The notes under the pieces were generated by a model. It ran no database searches. It was not told the origin of the DNA and saw nothing but the letters and a program-made list of their open reading frames with translations. Shown piece after piece: positions 48,487 to 58,998 of a stretch of 64,000 nt of DNA (its first letter is position 1; each line of letters starts with the position of its first letter). The position numbers and the translations under genes were made by a program. This DNA is from Verrucomicrobiaceae bacterium (GTDB taxonomy: Bacteria; Pseudomonadota; Gammaproteobacteria; Pseudomonadales; CAMLJR01). The stretch is taken from NCBI GenBank assembly GCA_028293825.1, contig JAQGNY010000048.1, positions 11,023 to 75,022 on the forward strand. Reading direction: 5' to 3'.

Positions 48487-49659
48487 TTGGATGATTCAGT
48501 AATGAATACGTTGTTAATGGATCAGAAATTAAAAAAGCATTTGTTGCAGACATTTGTGCCGGTTAACGCGCTGACGGAAGATCATCTAAATACGTTGTTG
48601 CGCGACACCCAGGTTGAAGTCATTTGTCGCGGCCAGGTTATTGCGCAACGGGGCGACTGCGATAACACGCATATTTATTTGCTCAGCGGTAGTGTTTCGA
48701 TCGACACCGGCACCGGCGATCCACAGCACATCGATGCGAATAATCCTTTCGTTGGCCATCCGCTCGCCCACCATCAGCCGCGTTTGGAAACCGTTACCGC
48801 CACCGACGACTGCCAAATCTTGCGTTTCGACAGCAATAAGCTCGACGCCATGCTGGCGTGGGACCAAGCGGCCAATTACATCATTCTCGATATTACCGGT
48901 CAGCGCGATCTCGACGAAGACGCCGACTGGATGCTCACGCTGCTGCGCTCGAATCTGTTTTACAAAGTGCCGCCGATGAATATTCGGCAAATTCTGACGC
49001 GTTTTCGCTCGACGTTTGCCCACTCCGGCGATGTCATCGTGCGCCAGGGCGAGGTCGGCGACTCCTGCTATTTCGTTAAGGAAGGCAGCGTGTCAGTGTT
49101 TCGCGCAGCCGATGAAAAAGGTAAATCGGAGCTGGTTGCGGATTTGGGTGTCGGCCGTTGTTTTGGTGAGGATGCTTTAGTCAACGACGCGCCGCGCAAT
49201 GCGACCGTGATGATGCGCGAAAACGGCGTGCTGATGAAACTCGATAAACAGGATTTCTATTTGCTGTTGAAATCGCCGCCGGTGCGCGGTTTGTCGCTCA
49301 CCGAAGTCGATCGCGATTTAATTGCCGGCGCGCAATTAATCGACGTGCGTACCGAAGGTGAGTTCGAACTCGCGCACGCGCCGCACGCGCTGAATATGCC
49401 GCTAACGATTTTGAAATTGAAATCGCGGCTGCTCGATCGCGACACCCACTACATCACCTATTGCAACAGCGGTCGGCGCAGCAGCGCGGCGGCGTTTTTG
49501 CTGGTAGAAGAGGGTTACAACGTCACCGTGTTGCGCAATGGTTTCGACAGCTTATCGCTCGCACAACGGCTGCGTTTTATCGGCGAAGGGAACGACGACT
49601 ATTTAACCCGCGAACGCCAGCTCGCCACAGATCCGATTCAACGCCTCAAATCGAATTAA
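48487..49659 (+). CDS. Tandem cyclic-nucleotide-binding domain protein with C-terminal rhodanese domain
   Basis: Second CNB FGEDAL...PRNATV; degenerate first CNB; rhodanese LIDVR, YCNSGRRS. Confidence 0.85.
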   Translation: MDDSVMNTLLMDQKLKKHLLQTFVPVNALTEDHLNTLLRDTQVEVICRGQVIAQRGDCDNTHIYLLSGSVSIDTGTGDPQHIDANNPFVGHPLAHHQPRLETVTATDDCQILRFDSNKLDAMLAWDQAANYIILDITGQRDLDEDADWMLTLLRSNLFYKVPPMNIRQILTRFRSTFAHSGDVIVRQGEVGDSCYFVKEGSVSVFRAADEKGKSELVADLGVGRCFGEDALVNDAPRNATVMMRENGVLMKLDKQDFYLLLKSPPVRGLSLTEVDRDLIAGAQLIDVRTEGEFELAHAPHALNMPLTILKLKSRLLDRDTHYITYCNSGRRSSAAAFLLVEEGYNVTVLRNGFDSLSLAQRLRFIGEGNDDYLTRERQLATDPIQRLKSN

Positions 49660-49709
49660 CCCACCGCCGCAACTGACCCGCTGTAAAACAGCTGCCATAA
49701 GGCTGTGTG

Positions 49710-49720
49710 TATAATGCCGC
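49710..49720 (+). promoter_or_regulatory. Putative sigma70 -10 element of nadK with GC-rich discriminator
   Basis: TATAAT-GCCGC ~35 nt upstream of the ATG; no clear -35. Confidence 0.4.
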
Positions 49721-49748
49721 TCGTTCTTTCTCCCAGGGCGCGGCGTTC

Positions 49749-50633
49749 ATGGATCCCTTTCGCAATATTGGCATCATCGGTCGCGAAGGCAGCGGTGTTG
49801 TCGAATCGCTGCAGCGGCTGATCGTATTTCTGCGCACGCGCGGCCTCAACATAATTATCGGCGACCACATTCAGCATTTGCTGGAGCCGCAGTATCTGCA
49901 CGACGTGCGCGTATCCTCGCGCAAAATGATCGGCGAAGTCAGCGATCTGATTATTGTCGTCGGCGGCGACGGCAGTCTGCTCGCTGCGGCGCGCACATTG
50001 GCGCGTTTCGATGTGCCGGTGCTGGGGGTGAATCGCGGTCGTCTCGGTTTTCTCACCGATGTTTCACCGGATGAAATCGAGCAGCGCGTCGGCGAAGTGC
50101 TCGACGGTCAATACCGCATTGAAAAGCGCTTTTTGCTGGATGCTGTAGTCACGCGCAATGGCGAACCAATCGGCGTCGCCGATGCGTTGAACGACATCGT
50201 CGTTAACTCCGGCACCTCGGCAAAAATGATCGAGTTCGAGTTGTATATCGAAGGCGAATTCGTTTATCGCCAACGTTCCGACGGTTTAATTGTGTCGACG
50301 CCGACCGGCTCGACTGCGTATTCGTTATCCGGTGGCGGCCCGATTATGCATCCGCGTCTCGATGCCATCGCGCTGGTGCCGATGTTTCCGCATACGCTCA
50401 GTAGCCGTCCGATTGTCGTCGACGGCAATAGCGAAATTAAAATCGTTATTTGTGAAAGTAACACCACGCAATTGCCGGTATCGTGCGACGGTCAAGTGCA
50501 CCTGACCGCACAAAGTGGCGATGCCGTTTACGTGACGAAGAAGCCGCACAAATTAAAAATGATTCATCCGCTCAACCACAGTTTTTACGCGAGCTGTCGC
50601 GACAAACTGGGCTGGAATACTTCTAATTTCTGA
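49749..50633 (+). CDS. nadK: NAD(+) kinase
   Basis: GGDGS, GVNRGRLGFL, ALNDI, TPTGSTAYSLSGGGP. Confidence 0.95.
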   Translation: MDPFRNIGIIGREGSGVVESLQRLIVFLRTRGLNIIIGDHIQHLLEPQYLHDVRVSSRKMIGEVSDLIIVVGGDGSLLAAARTLARFDVPVLGVNRGRLGFLTDVSPDEIEQRVGEVLDGQYRIEKRFLLDAVVTRNGEPIGVADALNDIVVNSGTSAKMIEFELYIEGEFVYRQRSDGLIVSTPTGSTAYSLSGGGPIMHPRLDAIALVPMFPHTLSSRPIVVDGNSEIKIVICESNTTQLPVSCDGQVHLTAQSGDAVYVTKKPHKLKMIHPLNHSFYASCRDKLGWNTSNF

Positions 50634-50648
50634 ACGTTGTGTTGTTGA

Positions 50649-51485
50649 ATGCCTGATCTGATCGCGCTCGAAGTTCCGCTTACCGAAGATTTATTGCCCT
50701 TTAGCCAATACCTGTGGCGGCACGGTATGGCGCACCGCATTCTCGAAATAAATGACCACCAAGTTGTTTTCGTTAAGCGCATCGAGCAGATCGACAGCGT
50801 GCGCGATTTATATGAGCGTTTGGGGCGCGGCGAAACGCTGCCCGAACAGCCGGATCTGCCGAAATCACCGCGCTATTTTTCGCTGTTATTGCGGCGCGTG
50901 CCGATAACACTAACGTTCGTTGCAATCAGCGTCATCGTATTTGCGCTGACCAGTTTCGACGATCAATTTTTAACGGCGCTTACTTTTTTTCGCATCGAGC
51001 AAGGTAGCGACGGCATTATTTTCGGATCGATGCAGCAGCAATATTGGCGTTTGCTAACACCGATTTTTTTGCATTTTGGTCTGCCGCATATTGTGTTCAA
51101 TATGTTGTGGTTATGGGATCTCGGCCGACGTGTCGAGTTAGTGCAGGGGCCGCTGCGCTTGATATCGATCGTTGCGCTGATCGGTGTGGCGTCGAATATT
51201 ACGCAGGCACTGGCGCAGCCATCGCTCTTCGGCGGCATGTCCGGTGTCGATTACGGCTTGCTCGGTTACTGTTGGATTTGGGGTTGGCTGCGTCGCGATC
51301 CAGTGTTGCATGTGCCGGTGCCGATCATGATTGCGATGATCGCCATGTTGCTGCTGAGCATGACCGGTTTGATGGAATTTATGGGTATGGGCGCGATTGC
51401 CAATGCCGCGCATGTCGGCGGTCTGATTATGGGTTTGGTGCTCGGTCTGGCGACCATTTTGATCAGCAAAAAACCGGTTAATTAA
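50649..51485 (+). CDS. Rhomboid family intramembrane serine protease (GlpG-like)
   Basis: WRLLTPIFLH, HIVFN, GGMSGV, ANAAHVGG. Confidence 0.92.
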   Translation: MPDLIALEVPLTEDLLPFSQYLWRHGMAHRILEINDHQVVFVKRIEQIDSVRDLYERLGRGETLPEQPDLPKSPRYFSLLLRRVPITLTFVAISVIVFALTSFDDQFLTALTFFRIEQGSDGIIFGSMQQQYWRLLTPIFLHFGLPHIVFNMLWLWDLGRRVELVQGPLRLISIVALIGVASNITQALAQPSLFGGMSGVDYGLLGYCWIWGWLRRDPVLHVPVPIMIAMIAMLLLSMTGLMEFMGMGAIANAAHVGGLIMGLVLGLATILISKKPVN

Positions 51486-51510
51486 TATTCATTTTTATGC
51501 GGTGTCGGTT

Positions 51511-51774
51511 ATGAATTTTCAGCAGTTGTTGCATTCGATTACCCCTGATGTTTATGAAAATATGAAGCGCGCGGTGGAGATCGGCAAATGGCCCGACGGG
51601 CGCGGCCTCACCACCGAGCAGCGCGAACTGTGCATGCAGGCGGTAATTGCGTATGAGGAAAAAAATGTCGATGCGCGCGAACGCACGGGCTATATCGATC
51701 GCGGCAGCAAGCAAGATGGCGAATTATGCGATGACGATCACCAGCACACCGAGCAGCCGTTGAAGTGGAGCTGA
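51511..51774 (+). CDS. YeaC/DUF1315 family protein
   Basis: ITPDVYENMKRAVEIGKWPDG, CMQAVIAY. Confidence 0.85.
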   Translation: MNFQQLLHSITPDVYENMKRAVEIGKWPDGRGLTTEQRELCMQAVIAYEEKNVDARERTGYIDRGSKQDGELCDDDHQHTEQPLKWS

Positions 51775-51784
51775 TCGATGTGGA

Positions 51785-52630
51785 GTGTTTGACGTGAGTG
51801 CGGTTTCCGTTTCTGGCGCGCTGCGCAAATTGCGCACGCAGCTCGATAATGCAGCAGTCAGTTACCGCGCTGTCATCGGCGCACACGAAATCGATTTAAA
51901 TCCACTGCTCGGGCAAACCATCAGCCTGCATTATTCCGGCACCATTACCTGCATTCACTGCGATCGCAAAACCAATAAAAGTTTTAGCCAGGGTTACTGT
52001 TACCCCTGCTTTCAAAAATTGGCGCAGTGTGACATTTGTATCGTCAGCCCCGAAAAATGCCATCACGATGCCGGCACCTGTCGCGAGCCGGAGTGGGCGG
52101 CGCAATATTGCATGCAGCCGCATGTGGTGTATCTTGCCAATTCTTCCGGTATTAAAGTCGGCATTACGCGTGGCACACAGGTGCCGACGCGTTGGATCGA
52201 TCAAGGCGCGGTGCAGGCGCTGCCGATTTTAGGCGCGCAAACGCGGCAACAATCCGGCTTGATTGAAGTAATGTTCAAGCCACATGTCGCCGACAAAACC
52301 AATTGGCGCGCGATGCTGAAAGGTCAGGTCAGCGTGCTCGATTTATATGTCGAGCGCGATCGTTTATTGCAACTGTGCGCCGCCGAAATCGAAACACTGC
52401 AACAGCGTTTCGGTTTGCAGGCGATTCAACTATTGCCGGCCGCAACTGCAATTGCGATCGATTATCCGGTGCTACAACATCCGGAAAAAGTCGTCAGCCT
52501 CGATCTTGAAAAAACACCGCGCATCGAAGGCCGCTTACTCGGTATCAAAGGTCAGTATTTAATGCTCGATATCGGCGTGCTGAATATTCGTAAATTCGGC
52601 GCCTATCACGTAACGTTTTCGACGCAATGA
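51785..52630 (+). CDS. DUF2797 family Cys-rich protein
   Basis: CIHC, QGYCYPC, CDIC, VYLANSSGIKVGITR, RWIDQGA, GIKGQYL. Confidence 0.85.
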   Translation: MFDVSAVSVSGALRKLRTQLDNAAVSYRAVIGAHEIDLNPLLGQTISLHYSGTITCIHCDRKTNKSFSQGYCYPCFQKLAQCDICIVSPEKCHHDAGTCREPEWAAQYCMQPHVVYLANSSGIKVGITRGTQVPTRWIDQGAVQALPILGAQTRQQSGLIEVMFKPHVADKTNWRAMLKGQVSVLDLYVERDRLLQLCAAEIETLQQRFGLQAIQLLPAATAIAIDYPVLQHPEKVVSLDLEKTPRIEGRLLGIKGQYLMLDIGVLNIRKFGAYHVTFSTQ

Positions 52631-52691
52631 ATGTTTTGCCTGTCGCTGCTTCGACAGCGGGGTTTTACCAGCCACAGCAATTGGAGAATCT

Positions 52692-55367
52692 ATGATGCGC
52701 GACGCACAACCCCGCACGATTCAGCTGAAAGATTATCGCGTTCCCGATTTTTTAATCGAAAACACCGCGCTGCATTTTGAGCTGCACGAAGAGCGCACGC
52801 TGGTGCGCACCACGCTCGAAATGCGCCGCAACCCTGACGCTGAAAATCAGTACGCGCCGCTGGTGCTCGACGGGCAGAATTTATTGCTGCACAGCGTCAA
52901 TATTGACGGACGCGTATTGACGCAAAACGATTATCAGCTCAGCCCCGATCATTTGACGATTGCCGAAGTGCCGGCGCATTTTGTGTTTCATTGCGAAACA
53001 GAAATAAAGCCGCAGGAAAATACCTCGCTGGAAGGTTTATATAAATCGCGCACGATGTTCTGTACGCAATGCGAAGCAGAAGGTTTTCGCAAAATCACTT
53101 ATTTTCTCGATCGTCCCGATGTGATGTCCGTGTTCACTGTCAGCATCGACGCGGAACTTGCGCGTTATCCGGTGCTGTTATCGAACGGAAATTTAGTGCA
53201 CAGCGGTGACACCAAAGTGCCGGGTCGTCATTTTGCGACGTGGCACGATCCGTTCAAAAAACCGTGCTATTTATTTGCGTTGGTGGCGGGTGATCTCGCG
53301 CATATCGAAGACCGTTTCAGCACGATGAATAATCGTGACGTGACCCTGCGCATTTATGTCGAGCCCAAAGACGCCGATAAATGCGACCACGCGATGGCTT
53401 CGCTGAAACATTCGATGCTATGGGACGAAAAAGTTTACGGTCGCGAATACGATTTGAATATTTTCAATATTGTCGCCGTCGATGATTTCAACATGGGCGC
53501 AATGGAAAATAAAAGCCTAAATATATTCAATACCTCGTGCGTGTTGGCGCGCCCAGAAACGACAACAGATATTGGGTTTCAGCGCGTTGAAGCGGTGGTT
53601 GCGCACGAATATTTTCACAACTGGTCGGGCAACCGTGTCACCTGCCGCGATTGGTTTCAGTTGAGTTTGAAAGAGGGTTTCACGGTATTTCGCGACAGCG
53701 AGTTTTCCGCCGACATGGGCTCGCGCACTGTTAAGCGTGTTGAAGATGTGAGCTTGTTGCGCACGCTGCAATTCGCCGAAGACGCGGGGCCGATGGCGCA
53801 TCCGATTCGACCCGACTCGTACATGGAGATTTCCAATTTCTATACGTTGACCGTGTACGAAAAGGGCAGCGAAGTCGTGCGCATGTTGCACGAAATTCTC
53901 GGCGCTGAATTATTTCGCAAAGGTACCGATTTATATTTCTCGCGCCACGATGGCCAAGCCGTTACCTGCGATGATTTCGTCAACGCGATGGAAGCGGCCA
54001 GCGGCCGCGATCTAAAACAATTTCGGCGCTGGTACTCGCAGGCAGGCACACCGCGCCTGCATGTCGATGGAAAATATGATGCGGATGCGCGCACCTACAC
54101 GCTGACGGTTAAACAATCGTGTCCGCCGACGCCGGGTCAGCCAAAAAAAGAACCGTTTCATATTCCGCTCGCCGTCGCGTTATTCGGCGATGCCGGCGCG
54201 TTGCGTTTGCAGCTTGCCGGCCAGCCGATAAATGGTGAAAGCGCGGATAACACTGCCACGGTGCTTGACGTTACTGAGGCAGAACAGCAGTTCGTGTTTT
54301 CCGATATTCCCGAGCGGCCGGTGCCGAGTTTGCTGCGCGGTTTTTCCGCGCCGGTGAAATTATTCTTTCCGTATGCGCGCGATGAATTAATGTTTTTGAT
54401 GCGCCGCGACAGCGATGGTTTTTGCCGCTGGGATGCAGCGCAGCAATTGGCTGTTGCCACATTGAGCGACATGATTGCCGCTTATCAACGCGGCGGAGAT
54501 TTGCAGCTCGATGCGCGCTTATTAACGGCGTACGCGGATTTGCTCGACGACAGCACGCTCGATCCGGCGATGGTCGCGTTGATGCTGACGTTGCCGAGCG
54601 AAGCGTATCTTGCGGAAATTTACGACGTCGTCGATGTGCCGGCCATTCACGCTGCGCGCGAAGCAGCGCGCCTGCAAATTGCGCAGGGTTTACGCGAAAG
54701 ATTATGGCGCGCGTATCGCGCCAATCAATCGAATGCGCCTTACGCGGCGACCGCCCAACAAATCGCGCAGCGCAGTTTGAAAAATATCAGTCTTGCGTAC
54801 TTGATGCTGTTGGAGGAAGCGGACATCGTTGCTGCCAGCGTCGAGCAATTCACGCAGGCGCAAAATATGACCGATGTGATGGCAGCGTTGACGACGCTGG
54901 TGAACAGCCATCAAGACGCGCACAAGGCAGACGTGTTAGAGCGGTTTTATCAGCGCTGGCAACACGAGCCATTAGTGGTTAACCAATGGTTTCAAGTACA
55001 AGTCGCGTGCGCGCTGCCCGGAACATTGGAGCATGTACGGCAATTGATGCAGCACGAAGAGTTCGATATTAAAAACCCGAACAAAGTGCGTGCTGTCGTC
55101 GGTGCTTTCGCTGCGCAAAATACGGTGAATTTCCATCAACTCGATGGCGAGGGTTATCGCTTTCTCGCCGATCAAGTCATCGTGCTGAATAAATTAAATC
55201 CGCAAATTGCATCGCGGCAATTGGCGCCATTATCGAAGTGGCAAAAATACCCGGCGCCGGTGCAGGCGCGCATGATCGCCGAGTTGCGGCGCATTGCCGC
55301 CGAGCCCAATCTGTCGAGCGATGTATTTGAAATTGTCGAAAAAAGCCTCGCACAGGCCACGACGTAA
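52692..55367 (+). CDS. pepN: Aminopeptidase N
   Basis: TQCEAEGFR, GAMENK, HEYFH, LSLKEG, YEKG, NPNKVR. Confidence 0.97.
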   Translation: MMRDAQPRTIQLKDYRVPDFLIENTALHFELHEERTLVRTTLEMRRNPDAENQYAPLVLDGQNLLLHSVNIDGRVLTQNDYQLSPDHLTIAEVPAHFVFHCETEIKPQENTSLEGLYKSRTMFCTQCEAEGFRKITYFLDRPDVMSVFTVSIDAELARYPVLLSNGNLVHSGDTKVPGRHFATWHDPFKKPCYLFALVAGDLAHIEDRFSTMNNRDVTLRIYVEPKDADKCDHAMASLKHSMLWDEKVYGREYDLNIFNIVAVDDFNMGAMENKSLNIFNTSCVLARPETTTDIGFQRVEAVVAHEYFHNWSGNRVTCRDWFQLSLKEGFTVFRDSEFSADMGSRTVKRVEDVSLLRTLQFAEDAGPMAHPIRPDSYMEISNFYTLTVYEKGSEVVRMLHEILGAELFRKGTDLYFSRHDGQAVTCDDFVNAMEAASGRDLKQFRRWYSQAGTPRLHVDGKYDADARTYTLTVKQSCPPTPGQPKKEPFHIPLAVALFGDAGALRLQLAGQPINGESADNTATVLDVTEAEQQFVFSDIPERPVPSLLRGFSAPVKLFFPYARDELMFLMRRDSDGFCRWDAAQQLAVATLSDMIAAYQRGGDLQLDARLLTAYADLLDDSTLDPAMVALMLTLPSEAYLAEIYDVVDVPAIHAAREAARLQIAQGLRERLWRAYRANQSNAPYAATAQQIAQRSLKNISLAYLMLLEEADIVAASVEQFTQAQNMTDVMAALTTLVNSHQDAHKADVLERFYQRWQHEPLVVNQWFQVQVACALPGTLEHVRQLMQHEEFDIKNPNKVRAVVGAFAAQNTVNFHQLDGEGYRFLADQVIVLNKLNPQIASRQLAPLSKWQKYPAPVQARMIAELRRIAAEPNLSSDVFEIVEKSLAQATT

Positions 55368-55384
55368 AAAATTGTTTTGCAGTT

Positions 55385-55458
55385 GTAGGGCGCTGCTTGT
55401 CGCGCCCTTTCACAGACAGCACCAACTTTAAAAAGAGCGCAGCAAGCAGCGCCCCTAC
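55385..55458. repeat. GTAG-family REP doublet (inverted pair)
   Basis: GTAGGGCGCTGCTTGTCGCGCCCTT ... AAGAGCGCAGCAAGCAGCGCCCCTAC. Confidence 0.75.
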
Positions 55459-55486
55459 GTATTAATTTGAAGATTAAGGAATCGAT

Positions 55487-56356
55487 ATGCAACTGCGTCC
55501 GCGCCGCTCCGTTCTTTACATGCCGGGCAATAATCAGCGCGCATTGGAGAAGGCAAAAACGCTTGCCGCCGATGCGCTGATTTTCGATCTGGAAGACGCG
55601 GTTGCGCCCGATCAAAAAATCGCAGCGCGTGCGGTATTAATCGAAGCAGTTAAAAATAACGATTACGGTCGTCGCGAAATCGCCATTCGCATCAATGCGT
55701 TGGCGACGACATGGGGCGCAGACGATATCAAAGCGGTGGCGTCAACGTCGGTGCATGCGGTTTGTGTGCCGAAAATCGAAAGCGCCGAGCAGGTGCGCGC
55801 CATAGCGCTGGCGTTAGAGCATAACGGCGCGCCGCCGAGCATGGCGATTTGGGCGATGATTGAAACGCCGCTCGGCGTATTGAACGCGCGTGAAATCGTG
55901 GCCGCGCATCCGCGTTTGAATGTGTTGATCATGGGCACGTCGGATTTGTCGAAAGATTTGCGCGTGCCGCACACACCGGATCGCTTGGGCTTTATTACAT
56001 CATTGGGGTTATGCGTGCTGGCGGCGCGCGCCTACGGTTTGGATATTCTCGATGGTGTCGATTTGGATCTAAGCGGTAGCGAGGCGTTTCGCGCTATCTG
56101 CGCGCAGGGTCGCACCTTGGGCTTCGACGGTAAAACGTTAATTCACCCGAATCAAATCGCCGGTGCCAACGATATATTCGGACCGAGTGCTGCGGTCATC
56201 GAACATGCGCAGCGCGTGTTAGAGGTGTGGTGGGCAGCGGAAAAGTCTGGCGCTGGCGTGGCGGTTCTGGACGGTAAATTAGTTGAAAATCTGCACGCGG
56301 CGGAAGCCGAGCGGGTGCTGGCGATAGCGGCTGCAATTGCAGCCGTCGCGCCATAG
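55487..56356 (+). CDS. CitE/HpcH-family CoA-ester lyase (malyl-CoA thioesterase/lyase-like)
   Basis: RRSVLYMPG, FDLEDAV, PKIE, MIETP, GFDGKTLIHPNQ. Confidence 0.9.
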   Translation: MQLRPRRSVLYMPGNNQRALEKAKTLAADALIFDLEDAVAPDQKIAARAVLIEAVKNNDYGRREIAIRINALATTWGADDIKAVASTSVHAVCVPKIESAEQVRAIALALEHNGAPPSMAIWAMIETPLGVLNAREIVAAHPRLNVLIMGTSDLSKDLRVPHTPDRLGFITSLGLCVLAARAYGLDILDGVDLDLSGSEAFRAICAQGRTLGFDGKTLIHPNQIAGANDIFGPSAAVIEHAQRVLEVWWAAEKSGAGVAVLDGKLVENLHAAEAERVLAIAAAIAAVAP

Positions 56357-56364
56357 CGTGGTTG

Positions 56365-57645
56365 TTAGCTGGAAGGGACCGGCGCGGCGGTTGCGGCGCT
56401 GAGTTTTTTCATCTGCCATGCTGCAGGTAACAACACTAATAAAAATACCAGGAATGACAGCGCATAACTGCCAGTGAGATCGCGCAGTGACGCCGCAATC
56501 AGCGAGCCGACTGCGCCCATGCCGAGGAAGGTATTGCTCAGCCCTAACACTTGGCCAAAGGCGCGCGGCCCGAAACGTTCGATCACGATCGCACTGTTCA
56601 ACGGCAAATAGCCGGAGTGAAAGAAGCCGAGAATAGCGATGCCGACGCACAGCGCGGTAAAGCTCGAACCCACGCTGATAAGAATAATTGCGCAGCTAAC
56701 GCCACCGCCAATCATCCAATACAAATAGCGATGATCGTGTCGATCGAGCATGCGACCGATCATGATGCGCCCAATCAACATCAGGATTGATAATTCGGAA
56801 ACCAGAAAGCCCGTCTGTTGCGCGGTGACGCCCATATCGTGCGCGTACGCGCCCAGATTCATTTGCACCGCATTGAATGCCAGAGATAGCGGTAAAAAAC
56901 ACAGAATCAATGTGCGGAAATCGCTGTGGCGCAGCAATGCGCCGGTGGTGAATGTACGCGGTCGCGGCGGCAATTTATTATCGCGATGCTGCATGTCGAG
57001 CAGCTCTTCCTCCGGCGGTTTACGTTTCAACACCAGCCAAGTCAGCGGTGCGACCACCAGTGCGATGAATAAACCAATCGACACAAAAGTAATTCGCCAG
57101 CCGGCATGCGCAAGCAGAATCGCGGCGAACGGTGGCATGGCCAGACCGCCCACCGATGAACCTAATGTCGACATGGATAACGCTAGACCGCGATCCTTGG
57201 TAAACCAGCGTGTCGCCAAAGTTTGCGCAGGCAGCGAGCTGGTCAAGATCAAGCCGGGTGGGAAAATCACCAGAAAAACCAGCACGATTTGCCACAGTGC
57301 AGTGGCCATACTTACCAGCAACATGCCGCCGGCAAATAGCATGGCGCCGGCGCTGATAAGAATATGACTGGGGAAGCGATCGATAGCGCGGCCGGCCATC
57401 GGCGAGATTAAGCCCGAGATAATTTGCGAGCACACACCGGCAATCATGATGTGACTGCGCGCGACGCCGAACTCTTCGCTCCACGGGATTACCCATAGTG
57501 TGAAGCAAAAATAATGCGTGCCGACACACAGCGATTGGAAGACCAGCGTCATGGCGATGACGTTCCAACCGTAGTGCCACTTGAAGGTAGAGACGGGTAA
57601 TTTGTTCACTTGGGTGTACAGCATTATGTCGTTGTTTGATTTCAC
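56365..57645 (-). CDS. MFS transporter
   Basis: 12 TMs, YGWNVI, GRAIDRF, WFTKDRGLA, GRMLDR. Confidence 0.88.
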   Translation of the reverse strand: MKSNNDIMLYTQVNKLPVSTFKWHYGWNVIAMTLVFQSLCVGTHYFCFTLWVIPWSEEFGVARSHIMIAGVCSQIISGLISPMAGRAIDRFPSHILISAGAMLFAGGMLLVSMATALWQIVLVFLVIFPPGLILTSSLPAQTLATRWFTKDRGLALSMSTLGSSVGGLAMPPFAAILLAHAGWRITFVSIGLFIALVVAPLTWLVLKRKPPEEELLDMQHRDNKLPPRPRTFTTGALLRHSDFRTLILCFLPLSLAFNAVQMNLGAYAHDMGVTAQQTGFLVSELSILMLIGRIMIGRMLDRHDHRYLYWMIGGGVSCAIILISVGSSFTALCVGIAILGFFHSGYLPLNSAIVIERFGPRAFGQVLGLSNTFLGMGAVGSLIAASLRDLTGSYALSFLVFLLVLLPAAWQMKKLSAATAAPVPSS

Positions 57646-57849
57646 CTTAGCAGATAAGGCGCGGCGAATGAACGTATGCGTGCAATGGCTTCAGGCAAAA
57701 TAAAATGGATGGGTTCAGCTGATTACGGTTTCGGCAGCTGCGAAAATAGAATTAGTGGAATTGGATAGGAGGACGAGACAGCGGTGTGGGTTTGAAATGG
57801 CGGCGGCGATTTCGCGCCGCGCGCAAACATTAACTCTAAAGTCTCAAGC

Positions 57850-58998
57850 TCAATACCAGACCGAGATGAAAAAGCGAATAACATCGGCATCGAACGAATA
57901 CAGCGGCTCGGTGCCGGGCGCAACGCCTTTAATGGTAGCGTTGCGATAGTTTTCGTAGTCGAATTTCAAATGATCCCAATACAAATTAATGCTGCTTTTT
58001 TCGATCAGGCTATTTTTGAACGGCAGTTCGTAAGTGATGCCGACGCCGGCTGCCATCGAATGAAATGCACTCAACTGTTTGTCGCGCGTCATGTATTTAA
58101 ATTCGGTGGCATTGCTAAACAGGTCACTGTAAAAATTAGCTTCGTTCTGTTTGTAGTAGCGCGCATGAATATCGAATATCCAACCGTGTGGCAACGCGTG
58201 TTCGTAACCGACTTCCAGCGTATTGCTTTTGATATCCCAGCCGTCGTTGTAATAACGGTAGCTGCCGTAAAGTGCGGCGCGCGTATCGGGTAAATGGTAT
58301 TTGGCGCCCAATGTGGTGGTATAGCTGGTGCGCGCTTGCGGAAATATTTCTTGCTGCCAGCTGTACGAACTGCCGTTTACATAACGAAAGCTGCGATAGG
58401 GATTGGCGAGAAAACCTTCGTCGGAAATGATTTCCTCACTCAGGTTAACAATCAGATTGCGCGTTACGATCTGGCTGACGCTGACACGGTATTCTTGATG
58501 GGTAGCGGTTTCTTTAAACGCTGCATTGCTGTTGGATTTAATCGTGTCGCTGCCGCGTGTGTAACCCATGCTCAGTGTGGTCAGATCGCCGAAAAAATCC
58601 TGACTGATATCGAAGTGAACCGTGTTCGACAGATAATCGCTTTCGCTGCTGTGGATCATGCCCGCAGTCATCATGGTGCGATCGAATAAATAATCGAGAC
58701 TGAGACTTTCTTCGGTACGTTTATCGGCGAATGGACTGGCTTGCGTGATGACGTCGATCGATGCGCTGCTGACATTGTCGACGTAGTAATTACCGCTGAC
58801 CGAAAATTTGTCGGCGATATTTTTGCGTACTAATACCGAGGGGCCATCGACGGTCAGGCCACCGCCATCGTAGCGGTGATAAAGCACATCCATTCGCTCT
58901 TCCGGCAAAATGGCGGCGAATAATAATGGCGCACTGCTGGCGAGCAATGCGGCGACGATTAATAATCGTTTTTTAGTTACAACCGCAGCCGCCACCAT
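57850..58998 (-). CDS. DUF3570 family outer-membrane beta-barrel
   Basis: YDGGG, DNVSSASIDV, ESDY, GFLANPYR, RYYNDGWDI; the start overlaps the GGGCGCN codons of the upstream gene. Confidence 0.8.
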   Translation of the reverse strand: MVAAAVVTKKRLLIVAALLASSAPLLFAAILPEERMDVLYHRYDGGGLTVDGPSVLVRKNIADKFSVSGNYYVDNVSSASIDVITQASPFADKRTEESLSLDYLFDRTMMTAGMIHSSESDYLSNTVHFDISQDFFGDLTTLSMGYTRGSDTIKSNSNAAFKETATHQEYRVSVSQIVTRNLIVNLSEEIISDEGFLANPYRSFRYVNGSSYSWQQEIFPQARTSYTTTLGAKYHLPDTRAALYGSYRYYNDGWDIKSNTLEVGYEHALPHGWIFDIHARYYKQNEANFYSDLFSNATEFKYMTRDKQLSAFHSMAAGVGITYELPFKNSLIEKSSINLYWDHLKFDYENYRNATIKGVAPGTEPLYSFDADVIRFFISVWY

